Source: a virus
Lineage: Duplodnaviria > Caudoviricetes
Virus record (IMG/VR): IMGVR_UViG_3300005076_000002
Location: 128,001 to 192,000 of that record
Direction: 5' to 3' (one strand)
Length of the DNA stretch: 64,000 nt
Each line of letters begins with the position of its first letter. Within the stretch, counting starts at the first letter, position 1. Under the pieces are notes generated by a model. It saw only the letters and a list, made by a program, of their open reading frames with translations, searched no databases and was not told the DNA's origin. Positions 29,171 to 39,349 of the stretch are shown here, piece by piece. The translations under genes and the position numbers were made by a program.

Positions 29171-30241
29171 ATGCAAACGATTGACAACCTGCTCCAGGAA
29201 GATGACCCGGTAGATATGGTGCTGGCTGAGCTTTTTAGTCAGCATCCTAATCTGGCCACCTTTCCAGCAGGTACTTTTACGGTTAGTAAAATCAAACCGT
29301 ACGCGGGCTCTCGTAACACGGAGGCTGTGATTACAGCCTCCGTAGTCGCCGGCATTAAAGGTAAGACATCGATCTTTTATGACCGTGCTGACCTTGGGCG
29401 CGTTTTTAACAGCTTTGGCGATACTACTATCATTCCTGCTGTTTACATTGCTGCTGATGTTGGCAGTGTACTCTCCGTCAATGACATCCTCGACCAGCTG
29501 AACAATGCTCTGGGGATTAAGCTTAAGACCACCGGCAGCTTTTTAGACGTTACGTCTTTCAATTTTACTGCGGCTGCCAAAGGCGACATGACGGTCATTC
29601 AGCTCAGTGGTAAAGCTGGTACCGCTGATGGGACACCGCCGGTATCTGCGCGTATATTGCCAGGCAAACCGATTCGGCTGGAAATCCACAACCGTGGTAG
29701 TCACATCAACAAGAAAGCGATCAATCGCAGTATCACTCCGTTTATCAAGACGGATGGTAGCCTTAATTGGGGCGGGGAAACTATCTATGTGGCCGCCCCG
29801 AAGAAATCGCTACTTCTTGCACTGCGCACTACTGACTTTAGCGACATCTTCAACAGTATGTCGTCAGGGTCATGGCTGTATTATGCAGGCTATGGTTTCT
29901 CGGTTCATAAGTGGCTGTTCAATGCGGAGCTTAGCGCCGCTATCAAAGCACGCTGCGTAGAACTCGACATTCCGGTAATTGACTTCTCAGTGGCGCAGCA
30001 AACTGGCCGGGCTGCGACTGGTCAGGCACAAATGGAAGGGTTGGTATTTAGGCTTACTAGCAACTATCCGGGCGATACTGCCGTAAGTCGTAGATATACC
30101 AAAGCTGTTACACTGGGTGACTCGTTTACTGCAATCAGCTCCCCAGTAGGTCAGACTGCCATAGTTAAGCCTAGCATCGAGGCTCGCCTTGACTGGGCTA
30201 CTGACTTTAACAACTATCCGATCCACTTCAACACGGTCTAA
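29171..30241 (+). CDS. variable tail-protein paralog 3
   Basis: SRNTE, FYDRADLG, NRSITPFIKTDGSLNW, TDFSDIF; ends YPIHFN. Confidence 0.8.
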   Translation: MQTIDNLLQEDDPVDMVLAELFSQHPNLATFPAGTFTVSKIKPYAGSRNTEAVITASVVAGIKGKTSIFYDRADLGRVFNSFGDTTIIPAVYIAADVGSVLSVNDILDQLNNALGIKLKTTGSFLDVTSFNFTAAAKGDMTVIQLSGKAGTADGTPPVSARILPGKPIRLEIHNRGSHINKKAINRSITPFIKTDGSLNWGGETIYVAAPKKSLLLALRTTDFSDIFNSMSSGSWLYYAGYGFSVHKWLFNAELSAAIKARCVELDIPVIDFSVAQQTGRAATGQAQMEGLVFRLTSNYPGDTAVSRRYTKAVTLGDSFTAISSPVGQTAIVKPSIEARLDWATDFNNYPIHFNTV

Positions 30242-30251
30242 GGTGTAAGCC

Positions 30252-31358
30252 ATGGCTAATGTAAAAAGCATCTTTGAGGAAGCCACGCCGCTGGACGCTG
30301 TGTGGAACGCAATCATTGAAAAGAACCCAGATCTTGCAAAGTATGGTAAGAATGCATTTACCGTACTGAAGATCTTCCCAGCTACCGGGAGCCGCAATAC
30401 CGAAGTGCGTATGGTTGGTAATGGTAACGTAGGCATTGAGGGGATTATATCCGCGTTCTATGATCGTGCTGACCTCGGTAAATTAAATAAAACCTTTGGG
30501 GCACGGAAGCCTACGATTAACGTCGCTATGGCCCAAGGGACCGTCCTGACGTATGCAAGCCTCCTCCCGCAAATCAACGCCCTCTTGGGTTACAACCTGA
30601 CGCTGGATGGCAAGTGGCCCGACATTCAGGCCGGTTCAGTGACGGTCCCTGCTCGCGGTGGGAAGGTTTCCTTTACACTGCAAAGCGTACCATCTGCCAG
30701 TGGCGGGTTCTATCCGGCATCGGCGAGGACGCTGCCAGGTACGTCGCTGTCAATTGACCTGGTAAACCGTGGCCAGACTATCAATAATGGCGCCTCTAAC
30801 CGTTCGATCAATCCGTTTGTTAAGGCTGACGGTAACTTGAACTGGACGGGCGAGACCGTCTCTGCCGATAAGACCAAGACCCTGAAGTCGTTACTGGTTA
30901 AAATTTACAACGTCGACTTCTCTGACCTTGTCAATGAAGTTACTGAGCGTAGTAATATTTATCAGTGGGGTCTTGCGCCGGACCGCACGCACTGGATTTG
31001 GTACATTCGTCAGGCGCTGGCCGACGGTATCAAGAAACGTTGCCAGGATTTGGATATACCGATTATTGATATTGGTAACCCGGCCAAGCAATCCGGATGG
31101 TCTTTGGAATTGGAGCCCCAGCTCCCAACGCACGCCTATAAATTCTACGACAGCATTTTTAGGACGGTGTCTTCGTTGGGCGCAGTGCCTTGGGCAAACC
31201 CTAGATTTACAAAATGTATCTTGACCGCAGACTCGTTCAAGAACATCTACGGTTTCCCAGTCGCAAGTTATTATCTGCCCACTCCAGGCAAGGTAGAAGC
31301 AAAGGAAGGCTGGGCTACTAGCCTGGCTAACTATCCGATCAACTACAACCTGCCGTAA
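30252..31358 (+). CDS. variable tail-protein paralog 4
   Basis: SRNTE, FYDRADLG, NRSINPFVKADGNLNW, YNVDFSDL; ends YPINYN. Confidence 0.8.
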   Translation: MANVKSIFEEATPLDAVWNAIIEKNPDLAKYGKNAFTVLKIFPATGSRNTEVRMVGNGNVGIEGIISAFYDRADLGKLNKTFGARKPTINVAMAQGTVLTYASLLPQINALLGYNLTLDGKWPDIQAGSVTVPARGGKVSFTLQSVPSASGGFYPASARTLPGTSLSIDLVNRGQTINNGASNRSINPFVKADGNLNWTGETVSADKTKTLKSLLVKIYNVDFSDLVNEVTERSNIYQWGLAPDRTHWIWYIRQALADGIKKRCQDLDIPIIDIGNPAKQSGWSLELEPQLPTHAYKFYDSIFRTVSSLGAVPWANPRFTKCILTADSFKNIYGFPVASYYLPTPGKVEAKEGWATSLANYPINYNLP

Positions 31359-31424
31359 TGAATGGGAGAGGCTACGGCCTCTCCTCTTTTATGCCGTGAT
31401 CTTATGTAACATAAGGAGAGAGCA

Positions 31425-32504
31425 ATGAAAATCCCCCTATCGAACGTCGAGCCTCTGGCCGAGATCATGGCTATGCTCAAGGAAGAAAACCCGCTGCTTG
31501 ATACGTCAGCGATATCTGCTTACAAGATGACCGCTGGTACTTCGCGCAATACCACACTGTATCTGATAGGCTCTAGTATAGCCGGTATTGCTGGTCGCCT
31601 GACAGTCGATTACGATCGACTGAATCCGGCTGACGTATTCAGTAAGTTTGGCGACCTTACCAAACATCGACCCCTGCGTCTTTACGGCGTCCCTGGTACC
31701 ACGATTAAGATCAGTGACGTGTTGGATCAGATCAACGATCTGCTCGGCATCAAACTGACCATGACCGGCCAGTTCCGCGATATCATCGATAGTACATTTG
31801 TCCTTCCGGCTAAGAACTCTTCGATCGTTGTGGATATCCTGCCGTACGTTTCAGCTACCGGCCAGCTCCCGCTGAACCTTCGTATTATGCCGACAGCAAA
31901 ACTGTCGCTTAATGTCAAGAGCGGCGGTAGTCAACTGGTGGGTCTCAACAAAGTGATCAACCCGTTTGTTAAAGCGGATAAGACCATCAACTGGACACTG
32001 TCTCCACGCCCAGTGTCGGAAATGTCTGCTTCTCGCGACCTGCTTTTGTACCAGCAGGACTTCACCGAGTTCTTTGGTAATACTGCACTCATCCGCTCAT
32101 GCACTAACGGTGCGGCTGGCGTCGCCCTTCAGCGTAGTCTGTTCGGCTATACATTCAACGATGCCCTCGTTGATAAGCTGAACGTGATTTTCAACATGCT
32201 CGGCGTCACCCCGCTAGTTAAAGGACAAATCCATTTTGCTCATAAACTCTCCTCGACCAGTCTTCTGGATGTGTCCGGTACTGTAGGCAATGGCCGGGGG
32301 CCAGTCTGGGGCGCTGCCTCGTATTTTGTAACCACTAGCGAATATACTCGCGTTCCACCGGCCCATGTCAGTCCAGACTTCGACCGTGTATTCAAGGTTA
32401 TACCGCCCGGATACGCTGCCGGCAAGTCTCCTGACGACCAGCCGGTCTTTGACACCCTGCCAGAAGCAGAGAGGCTCATCTACTTGCCGTTTAACTTATT
32501 GTAA
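31425..32504 (+). CDS. variable tail-protein paralog 5
   Basis: YDRLNPADVFSKFGDLTKHRP, INPFVKADKTINW; ends LIYLPFN. Confidence 0.8.
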   Translation: MKIPLSNVEPLAEIMAMLKEENPLLDTSAISAYKMTAGTSRNTTLYLIGSSIAGIAGRLTVDYDRLNPADVFSKFGDLTKHRPLRLYGVPGTTIKISDVLDQINDLLGIKLTMTGQFRDIIDSTFVLPAKNSSIVVDILPYVSATGQLPLNLRIMPTAKLSLNVKSGGSQLVGLNKVINPFVKADKTINWTLSPRPVSEMSASRDLLLYQQDFTEFFGNTALIRSCTNGAAGVALQRSLFGYTFNDALVDKLNVIFNMLGVTPLVKGQIHFAHKLSSTSLLDVSGTVGNGRGPVWGAASYFVTTSEYTRVPPAHVSPDFDRVFKVIPPGYAAGKSPDDQPVFDTLPEAERLIYLPFNLL

Positions 32505-32523
32505 TTGATTAGGGGAATATCTG

Positions 32524-33615
32524 ATGCAATTGCCACTGATTAACCCGGACCCGTGGGCGGAGATCAGGGAGATGCTGATTGCCGCGAATCCAAAGATGGA
32601 TTTAAACTCGGCTAAGCCTTTCCGAATCGTTGCCGGTACGGGTCGAAATACCAGACTGTTTTTGGTTGGCAATGCGGTCTTAGGTTTGGCTGGTAAAGTC
32701 TATATTGAATATGACCGCCTTAATCCGGCGGCCATCTTCAGTAAATTTGGTGATCTCACCAAACATCGCCCGATAAGACTCAATGGTCTTCCAGGTACCG
32801 CAATGAAGATAAGCGATATCCTTACGCAGATTAATGCCTTGCTCGGCGTTAATCTCAAGATGGATGGCGACTATCGCGATATCGTAGACGGTGGCTTTAC
32901 GTTACCGGCAAAGAATGCAGTTATCACGTTGGATATTATCCCATACGTATCGCCCACCGGCGAACTGCCGCTTAACCTTCGTATTGCACCCAATACCAAA
33001 CTGTCGCTTAATCTGACGAATGGCGGTTCGCAGATTAAGCTTACGGATAAGGGTTTGAATCCGTTTGTTAAAGCGGATAAGACCATCAACTGGACTCTGG
33101 CTCCGCGCCAGATAACTGACCTTAGCATGTCTCGTGACCTGGCACTGTATAACCTCGACTTTAGTGATTTGTTCGGTAGTAACGGACTACTCACTAACAG
33201 CTGTGAACCGACTCCGGTAACTCTGCAAGGTTACTATCAGTACGGTTATCGTTTCAGGCCTGAAGTTCTCGAACAGATCAACAATAAGCTGGCCAGCGTT
33301 GGTGTTGCCCCCCTCACCCCGAACCGCGTGCATTTCGTATATACCTATGCTACGCCCAACATCCTACTTACTGGCGACCATGTCTATGGTCAAGGTCGGA
33401 CGTGGGCGTATACTAGCTCTTATATGGTCAGCACGCCTGGCGGCAGTATCGCCACTCGAGCGACGCCTCGCCACATTAACAAGAAGTTTAGTCGAGTATT
33501 TAAGGTCATTCCTAACGGTTGGCCTGCCGGGGTCTCTTATGATGACTCGTCTGTCAGTTTTGATATACTGCCCGAGGCACAGCGGTTGCTGTATTTGCAT
33601 TACGATCCGCTCTAA
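32524..33615 (+). CDS. variable tail-protein paralog 6
   Basis: YDRLNPAAIFSKFGDLTKHRP, LNPFVKADKTINW; ends LLYLHYD. Confidence 0.8.
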   Translation: MQLPLINPDPWAEIREMLIAANPKMDLNSAKPFRIVAGTGRNTRLFLVGNAVLGLAGKVYIEYDRLNPAAIFSKFGDLTKHRPIRLNGLPGTAMKISDILTQINALLGVNLKMDGDYRDIVDGGFTLPAKNAVITLDIIPYVSPTGELPLNLRIAPNTKLSLNLTNGGSQIKLTDKGLNPFVKADKTINWTLAPRQITDLSMSRDLALYNLDFSDLFGSNGLLTNSCEPTPVTLQGYYQYGYRFRPEVLEQINNKLASVGVAPLTPNRVHFVYTYATPNILLTGDHVYGQGRTWAYTSSYMVSTPGGSIATRATPRHINKKFSRVFKVIPNGWPAGVSYDDSSVSFDILPEAQRLLYLHYDPL

Positions 33616-33696
33616 TTCGTGCAGGTATATTATGTAGTAGTGTTAGCAAAATCGCACTGCTGAACGTCCGAATCCACCCACCAGAGGTCTAACTTC

Positions 33697-34227
33697 ATGG
33701 CACGTTACATTCTCGACATGACCAAAAACGACCAGCAGTCTTTCATCGAGCTGGTCAACAACGACAACGCCGCCACCATCGGCGAAGCCCTGACCCTCGA
33801 AGGCGTCAACCTGGTTAACGAGCGCCCCGTGCTCGAAGCCGAAGGCATTCCCCGTCAGTTCGCGCTGTTCTTCAACAAAGTCAAGCTGGAAGACGTGGTC
33901 ACCATGTCCTCCGAAGCTGGTGACTTCAACTGGTACGACCCCGATACCTGGGAAGATGCTACCTCCCCGGCTCAAGCGGTCACCGCGTTCAAGGCTGCCG
34001 CTGTCCGCGCTGGCATGGACCCGGAAGCGATCCTGCACGACGTCGTTGCTACCCGCGAGTACGACAACGAGCTGAACCGCTACTACCTGGTCATCGCGAC
34101 CACCAGTATGGTCTTCCATACCGGTGCCAAGTTCCAGATGCCGAAGCACTTCAGCGAAACCGTGACCGTCACTGAGCTGAACGGCTTCATCTACGAGCCG
34201 ATCAAGCCGGAAGATGTAGTTGCCTAA
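33697..34227 (+). CDS. virion structural protein
   Basis: GAGG RBS; strong codon bias; FIELVNNDN and ELNGFIY motifs. Confidence 0.7.
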   Translation: MARYILDMTKNDQQSFIELVNNDNAATIGEALTLEGVNLVNERPVLEAEGIPRQFALFFNKVKLEDVVTMSSEAGDFNWYDPDTWEDATSPAQAVTAFKAAAVRAGMDPEAILHDVVATREYDNELNRYYLVIATTSMVFHTGAKFQMPKHFSETVTVTELNGFIYEPIKPEDVVA

Positions 34228-34285
34228 TTGATGCCTAACAGCGTCGGTTAGTTCTCCATTTCTCCTTTACAAGGTATCAAAGACC

Positions 34286-34876
34286 ATGGCACATATCGTT
34301 GATAAAACCAAAACTCCTCTCCAGATGCTGCTGTCTCAGATCAACGCGGACAACAACTTCAGTCTGACTGAAGCCGACGTTGCCCTGCGCAATCTGACTG
34401 CCCTGGAAACCACCGTACCGAAAGAAGTCGTCCTGGACTCCGGTCCGGTGACCATCCAGCTGGATACCACCGTCGAAATCGATCTGTTGACCGATGAAGT
34501 GGTTGACGACTTCGTTACCTTCACCTACCGCCGTGTAAACCTGGCTGATTACTTCAGCCTGGTGACCCCGGAAGTTCGTGTCGTTGACGTAGAGCTGGAC
34601 GAAGCCGGTGCCCCGGTCGATCAGGACGCCCTGTTCGCCGAGATCCTGCGCAAGTACAAGATCGCTGCTACTGCCGCTGACTTCGACATCTCCGTACCGG
34701 AAGGTGGCAAGCTGCGCATGGCTGCCAAGGCCTCCAACCTGGGCTATACCGGTCAGTTCGACATCACCGTACAAGACAGCCTGGCTGGCCGTCTCCTGGT
34801 GAAACTGCTGGACGGCTTCTACAAGCCTGAAGTAGCTCCGGCTGCTCCTGAGAACGTAGAAGGTCAAGTGGCCTAA
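34286..34876 (+). CDS. virion/tail-family protein (paralog of the 25947 N-terminal part)
   Basis: LLSQINADN, YRRVNLADYFSLV, ALFAEILRKY, SLAGR..LLDGFY. Confidence 0.75.
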   Translation: MAHIVDKTKTPLQMLLSQINADNNFSLTEADVALRNLTALETTVPKEVVLDSGPVTIQLDTTVEIDLLTDEVVDDFVTFTYRRVNLADYFSLVTPEVRVVDVELDEAGAPVDQDALFAEILRKYKIAATAADFDISVPEGGKLRMAAKASNLGYTGQFDITVQDSLAGRLLVKLLDGFYKPEVAPAAPENVEGQVA

Positions 34877-34897
34877 TAGGTCGCTGAAATGAACGAT

Positions 34898-34928
34898 CCC
34901 TAGCACGGCAATGCCGTGCTAGGGTTTT
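34898..34928 (+). terminator. intrinsic terminator
   Basis: CCCTAGCACGGC-AAT-GCCGTGCTAGGG plus TTTT. Confidence 0.8.
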
Positions 34929-34945
34929 ATATGTTTGGAGACATC

Positions 34946-36286
34946 ATGCAACTTAACGTAACATGGAAAAACAACGCCCCCGAGTTCCCACATCGTGTTT
35001 ATGCTACGATCAGTCGTACCGGTCAGCGTAAACGCCTTATAGAGGTGGCGCCTGGTATTGACGAAGTCAGTATCAATTTGCTTACGCTTCCTAACGGTCC
35101 TATCGAATGGCCCGCTATCATCACTGTAAGCTCCGTAAACGGCTCGGCAGAGTCTAAAGATAAATCTGCCCAGATTATTTTCAACACGCCCACAGCGCTT
35201 CCTGGAGCGTTTGCCGGCATTATGCGTACAGCTATCGCCAATCGTCCAGATGTATTGCCGGAACCTCAGATCGTCGACAGCTATACACCGTCTGAGAAGT
35301 TTGACGGCACTCGTCCCCATTTCATGATCGACGGTTATCTGTTCCAGAACGTATTGGGTAAAGGTACGTTATTTGATTCGACAATGCTCACTGAAGTACC
35401 GACCCCTCCTCCGTACAACATGATGACAGGGAATAAGGATGGGGTAACTGTCCTGGCCAGCAACGGACAGCTTTACTACTTCGGTTTTTTTGCTAACTCG
35501 GAGACCGTATGGAAGTGGGATGGAGCTAACTTCATCGAAATCGCCAACCTTCCGGTCAAGACCAACGTAAGCTATCGCAATGTCTTCAATGGTGCAGACG
35601 GTAAAGTGTACTGCCTCGGCGGCTATGGTTGCGTTAAGAACGGCAAATTCCAGTACGTGGTATTCGATCCTAAAACCAATACGCTGGAAGTGCGGCAGGA
35701 GACCAGTAAGAACTACATCAGTGACGGCAGTTCTTTCAAGGGCGGGATCGATTACAACGGCGTGATTGTTTATATTGACACCACGTTCCGCTACGTCATC
35801 ACTATCGATACACGCACTGGTCTGGTCTCCACTGCTGACTTAGACGGTACTGTTCCAATGTCTGTCGGTGGGACCAGAAACGTCGTCGGTGGTGATGGGG
35901 TCGTTTACTTCTCCGGCAGTAATAAAGAAATCATCGCCGCAACTATCAATACCGAGACCGGGACGTTCTCCCACGTCTCGAAGGTAGCCGAGTTTAAAGA
36001 GGAGGCTGGCTACCCGTGGTGTATTGCACAAACCGTAACTGGTGAGTTAGCAATCGGCTTTACCAAAAATGGGGTTATTATCTTCTTTGATCCTGTAACG
36101 CGCTCACAGCGCCGTATGGTGATTCCGGGAGCTTTGTGGATAACCTCTATCTTCCGTCACGATAAAGGCCTCACGGCGATTACAGACAGCGGAGCGGTCC
36201 ATATCGACTTCGCATATCAGTGGTCGTTCGACCGAAGCTATGAGCAGTCTCATATTGGCTCCACTAACCACGTCGCAGCCGCCTAA
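34946..36286 (+). CDS. FN3-like N-terminus plus Kelch-like beta-propeller protein, probably tail-associated
   Basis: GGAG RBS; repeated blade-like motifs GQLYYFG, GKVYCLGG, DGVVYFSG. Confidence 0.55.
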   Translation: MQLNVTWKNNAPEFPHRVYATISRTGQRKRLIEVAPGIDEVSINLLTLPNGPIEWPAIITVSSVNGSAESKDKSAQIIFNTPTALPGAFAGIMRTAIANRPDVLPEPQIVDSYTPSEKFDGTRPHFMIDGYLFQNVLGKGTLFDSTMLTEVPTPPPYNMMTGNKDGVTVLASNGQLYYFGFFANSETVWKWDGANFIEIANLPVKTNVSYRNVFNGADGKVYCLGGYGCVKNGKFQYVVFDPKTNTLEVRQETSKNYISDGSSFKGGIDYNGVIVYIDTTFRYVITIDTRTGLVSTADLDGTVPMSVGGTRNVVGGDGVVYFSGSNKEIIAATINTETGTFSHVSKVAEFKEEAGYPWCIAQTVTGELAIGFTKNGVIIFFDPVTRSQRRMVIPGALWITSIFRHDKGLTAITDSGAVHIDFAYQWSFDRSYEQSHIGSTNHVAAA

Positions 36287-36288
36287 TT

Positions 36289-36315
36289 AGCTAGGGGGTT
36301 TCCCCCTAGCTTTTT
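36289..36315 (+). terminator. intrinsic terminator (CTAGGGG family)
   Basis: AGCTAGGGGG-TTT-CCCCCTAGCT plus T run. Confidence 0.85.
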
Positions 36316-36379
36316 ATACGCCGCTAGTAAAAAAATAAATAGAGGTATATTATTTAGATGACAACCGAGGAGCATCTAA

Positions 36380-37189
36380 ATGGAAAAATTTCTCCAACGT
36401 GTTGATCACCGTAGCCGCAACGATGCTGCTATGCTGGTCGAAGTAGTTAAGCATACCGACCGCACCCTCAAAGTGCGTGTGCTGGATTTTCATGGCGATA
36501 TTAATGCGTTGATGGATGCAGAACATGTCGTGGAAGAAGTCGGTATTGCCGACTGGATGGAGTTGGCCCACACTTCTACCGAAGATGGTCGGGTCACCTA
36601 TCATGAGAAAGTGATAGCCGACGAGTCGTTCCTCTTTAAATTCGTTGACTATCGTACCATCGATGCCCAGCATGTAAATAAGCTAATGGAATTGCGAAAT
36701 ACTTCCGTCAGCTATAGCCAGCCCAAGCTGGATGGTCAAACGCCGTGCCACTTCCTTGATGGTATCTCTGTACTGCCGGGCAACTACGTTCTGGCTACTG
36801 GCTACAACAAAGTGTGGAACGGTAATCACTTTGACCAAGCTTACGGTGAACAACTGCTTCACACCAGCCTGGGCAATAAGTCTCGTGAGAAGCTGAACGA
36901 TCTGGAAGGTTACCGCCATTTCCGCAACATCAAAACGCTGGACAGCGCACTGGACCAAGCCATTCATGGCCTGGATCTCAGTTATGTTCCGGTTTGTATG
37001 GCAAACTCGGTTCCGTATATCGAGGTTGCCAGTGGTTTCATTTATATCGTGACCCCGAAGCCCCTGCTGCCGGCAGAGTCCCCTGAGTCCGCCCGTGCCA
37101 TTCTAAAGCCGGGTACTTATTTCATCCCGCACGTACCACATTTCGCAGCCAAGATGATTATCAGCTCGTACATCGAGCCAAGAAACTAA
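36380..37189 (+). CDS. hypothetical protein
   Basis: GAGGAG RBS; TATATTAT motif upstream at 36346. Confidence 0.8.
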   Translation: MEKFLQRVDHRSRNDAAMLVEVVKHTDRTLKVRVLDFHGDINALMDAEHVVEEVGIADWMELAHTSTEDGRVTYHEKVIADESFLFKFVDYRTIDAQHVNKLMELRNTSVSYSQPKLDGQTPCHFLDGISVLPGNYVLATGYNKVWNGNHFDQAYGEQLLHTSLGNKSREKLNDLEGYRHFRNIKTLDSALDQAIHGLDLSYVPVCMANSVPYIEVASGFIYIVTPKPLLPAESPESARAILKPGTYFIPHVPHFAAKMIISSYIEPRN

Positions 37190-37200
37190 CGGAGTAAACA

Positions 37201-37863
37201 ATGAATTTGGCATTTCTTCAACGTCAGCTAAAGGTATTAACGGAAGAGGGAGGTACCCTAACAAAATGTGATGAAGAGTATTTCCCAGAAAGCCGTTCTT
37301 TATTCTCGGGGAATGCCACTTCAAACTTCAAGAATACGAGAGACCAAAAACTCTGGCCTGCCTGGTACCGTGCTTGGCACACGATGTGTCATTCAGCATT
37401 CACCAAAAAGGACAGTGAGGTATGTCTAGCTTGGAGGGACTCCGCTACATTTAAGCTGTGGTACGATAAGCATTACGTGGAAGGGCGTGCTATGTGCGCC
37501 CGTTTCGGTTATCCGGGTGAGCGGTTGTATTGCCCCTATACGACTGCATTTGTCGATCAGGAAGTAATCAAGTGGTTAATGCCTAAAGGATTCGAAGGGC
37601 GTATGCGCGGTGTCATTGTACGCAATCTGCTTAACGTAACCACTTATTATGCCGTGATTACCCGCTATGGTAAGCGCGTGTCCATCGGACGATTCAAGTC
37701 TGAGAAAGAAGCGCATAGGGCATGGATACTGGAGAAAATAAAACTCGGCAAAGAGTTAGCTGCTCATTATGCCGATAATGTTATAGTTACTCGTGGGATG
37801 GGTCGTGTTATTGCCTATCTTCAAGAATGCTATGATAATGATATTGAGGTAACAAAAGTTTGA
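37201..37863 (+). CDS. HNH/AP2-type endonuclease-like protein, probably degenerate
   Basis: W..M....., VC.AW....FK.WY, Y.P.T..FV, then AP2-like SIGRFKSEKEAHRAW; the usual LDKD/GNK residues are absent. Confidence 0.55.
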   Translation: MNLAFLQRQLKVLTEEGGTLTKCDEEYFPESRSLFSGNATSNFKNTRDQKLWPAWYRAWHTMCHSAFTKKDSEVCLAWRDSATFKLWYDKHYVEGRAMCARFGYPGERLYCPYTTAFVDQEVIKWLMPKGFEGRMRGVIVRNLLNVTTYYAVITRYGKRVSIGRFKSEKEAHRAWILEKIKLGKELAAHYADNVIVTRGMGRVIAYLQECYDNDIEVTKV

Positions 37864-38669
37864 ACACTATCACCTACCTATTCGGCGAGAGTAAATTCCC
37901 TGAGCTTTCTGAGGACTGTAAACTCAAAGGGACTTTCGTCGATCTGTCCTCCGTGGCGCTCATCCGCCGCTTCATCAAAGTCCATCGCAACCAGGTTGTA
38001 GGTCCAGACGGTTTCTATTGTGATGGGCGTCATCTGTTGGGCGGTAGTGTCATTTCCGCACTCCTGACCACCGAGTATATGCGAGCGTTCCAAGAACTGC
38101 TACGCATCACTGCACGGATGACCCACACCTTCCGTATCGTCGTCCCTACTCGTTTGGATGACTTCCTTCCCCGCGACAGCGAGATCAAAGCCCGTATCTT
38201 GCGTAAGGGTGAGGTGACTGTATCATCCAGACCCATGCAGTTGTTTAAGCACGAACTTTCCAGCTACGACGCGTGGGATCTGTCCATCCTCAGTAACTTC
38301 GAGGCGATCTTCCCCGAGAAGGTTTACTCAACTACAGTGGACGGCAAAAGCACCGAAAGCGAGGAGATGCTCACCACCTACGTAAATGAGCTGGTAAAGT
38401 CACCGTTAGAGCTGAGCCGTATTCTCGGCGTCAACTCTCTGCGTATTGAACCGGTACGTGGCGATTACCATCGTCGGCTGTTCATTCACTATTCGTTTAT
38501 CGACATCTACAATCACGCATGGCGTATCCAAGTGCCAGGCAAGATCAGACGTCGTGAACAAATCCTCGATGTCATTGACGCGGTATCGTTCAACGGTATG
38601 AAGTATGACGACCTGCCGCCTGGTATGGCTGATGCTGCGTTGCCGTGGGGTATCGTCTGCGCTAACTAG
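37860..38669 (+). CDS. hypothetical protein
   Basis: GAGG RBS with TTG start overlapping the upstream stop. Confidence 0.7.
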   Translation: MNTITYLFGESKFPELSEDCKLKGTFVDLSSVALIRRFIKVHRNQVVGPDGFYCDGRHLLGGSVISALLTTEYMRAFQELLRITARMTHTFRIVVPTRLDDFLPRDSEIKARILRKGEVTVSSRPMQLFKHELSSYDAWDLSILSNFEAIFPEKVYSTTVDGKSTESEEMLTTYVNELVKSPLELSRILGVNSLRIEPVRGDYHRRLFIHYSFIDIYNHAWRIQVPGKIRRREQILDVIDAVSFNGMKYDDLPPGMADAALPWGIVCAN

Positions 38670-38677
38670 GATGTACC

Positions 38678-39349
38678 ATGAAAGTACGTTTAGTCGATCG
38701 CTTTGGCTATCTGTTAAATCCAGAGGAAGATGAGCGGGTAAAATACCTGCCATTCGTAGGTAACCATTTTACTATCATCGGGAGTCGTAAGTCTCCCGAA
38801 TCTGCTGTCGACTACCAGACTGAAATTACGTTGATGCTTTTGAAAGAAGGCTACGTCGTTCGGTCTGGACTGGCTCCAGACGGTGGTGACTTGGCCGCTA
38901 CGAGAGCGGTAATGGAGTATAAGCAGCCTGGATGTGCTGAGCTCTATATACCGTGGGAAGGGTTTGATAAGTGGCGAACCGGGGATATGGGTAATAATGT
39001 CTTTTGCCCACTATCATATGTAAACTACTCACATGCCCGTTATTTGGCAGAGATGGTTCACCCTGCATGGGAACGTTGCAGTCACGCAGCCAAAGGTCTG
39101 CATAGTCGCAATCCCTATCAGGTTCTAGGTGCGTCGCTAGCCAGTCCAAGCGCCTTTGTGCTCTATTGGGCGCCGACCACTAAAGATAACTCAGCGGTGT
39201 TAGGTGGTACCGCTACCGCAGTCAAGATTGCTAGGCTTTTCAATATCCCGACTTTCAATTTGTACTTGGAAGGAGAGAAAGAAATATTTGAAGCCTACAT
39301 CTCGGCTAGGAGGGTAAGAGAATGTCCGAAGTTACAGATAGCGTGTTAG
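38678..39349 (+). CDS. DprA/Smf-like (SLOG superfamily) protein
   Basis: IIGSRKSP, RSGLAPDGGD, YIPWEGF, RNPYQVLG, GGTATAVKIA..FNIPTFNL. Confidence 0.75.
   Translation: MKVRLVDRFGYLLNPEEDERVKYLPFVGNHFTIIGSRKSPESAVDYQTEITLMLLKEGYVVRSGLAPDGGDLAATRAVMEYKQPGCAELYIPWEGFDKWRTGDMGNNVFCPLSYVNYSHARYLAEMVHPAWERCSHAAKGLHSRNPYQVLGASLASPSAFVLYWAPTTKDNSAVLGGTATAVKIARLFNIPTFNLYLEGEKEIFEAYISARRVRECPKLQIAC

Noticed and set aside
24927-33615. Diversity-generating retroelement or invertase shufflon behind the variable paralogs
   Set aside because: No reverse transcriptase, non-coding template repeat, adenine-specific mismatch pattern, recombinase or inverted cassettes seen; each paralog is a complete gene on the same strand
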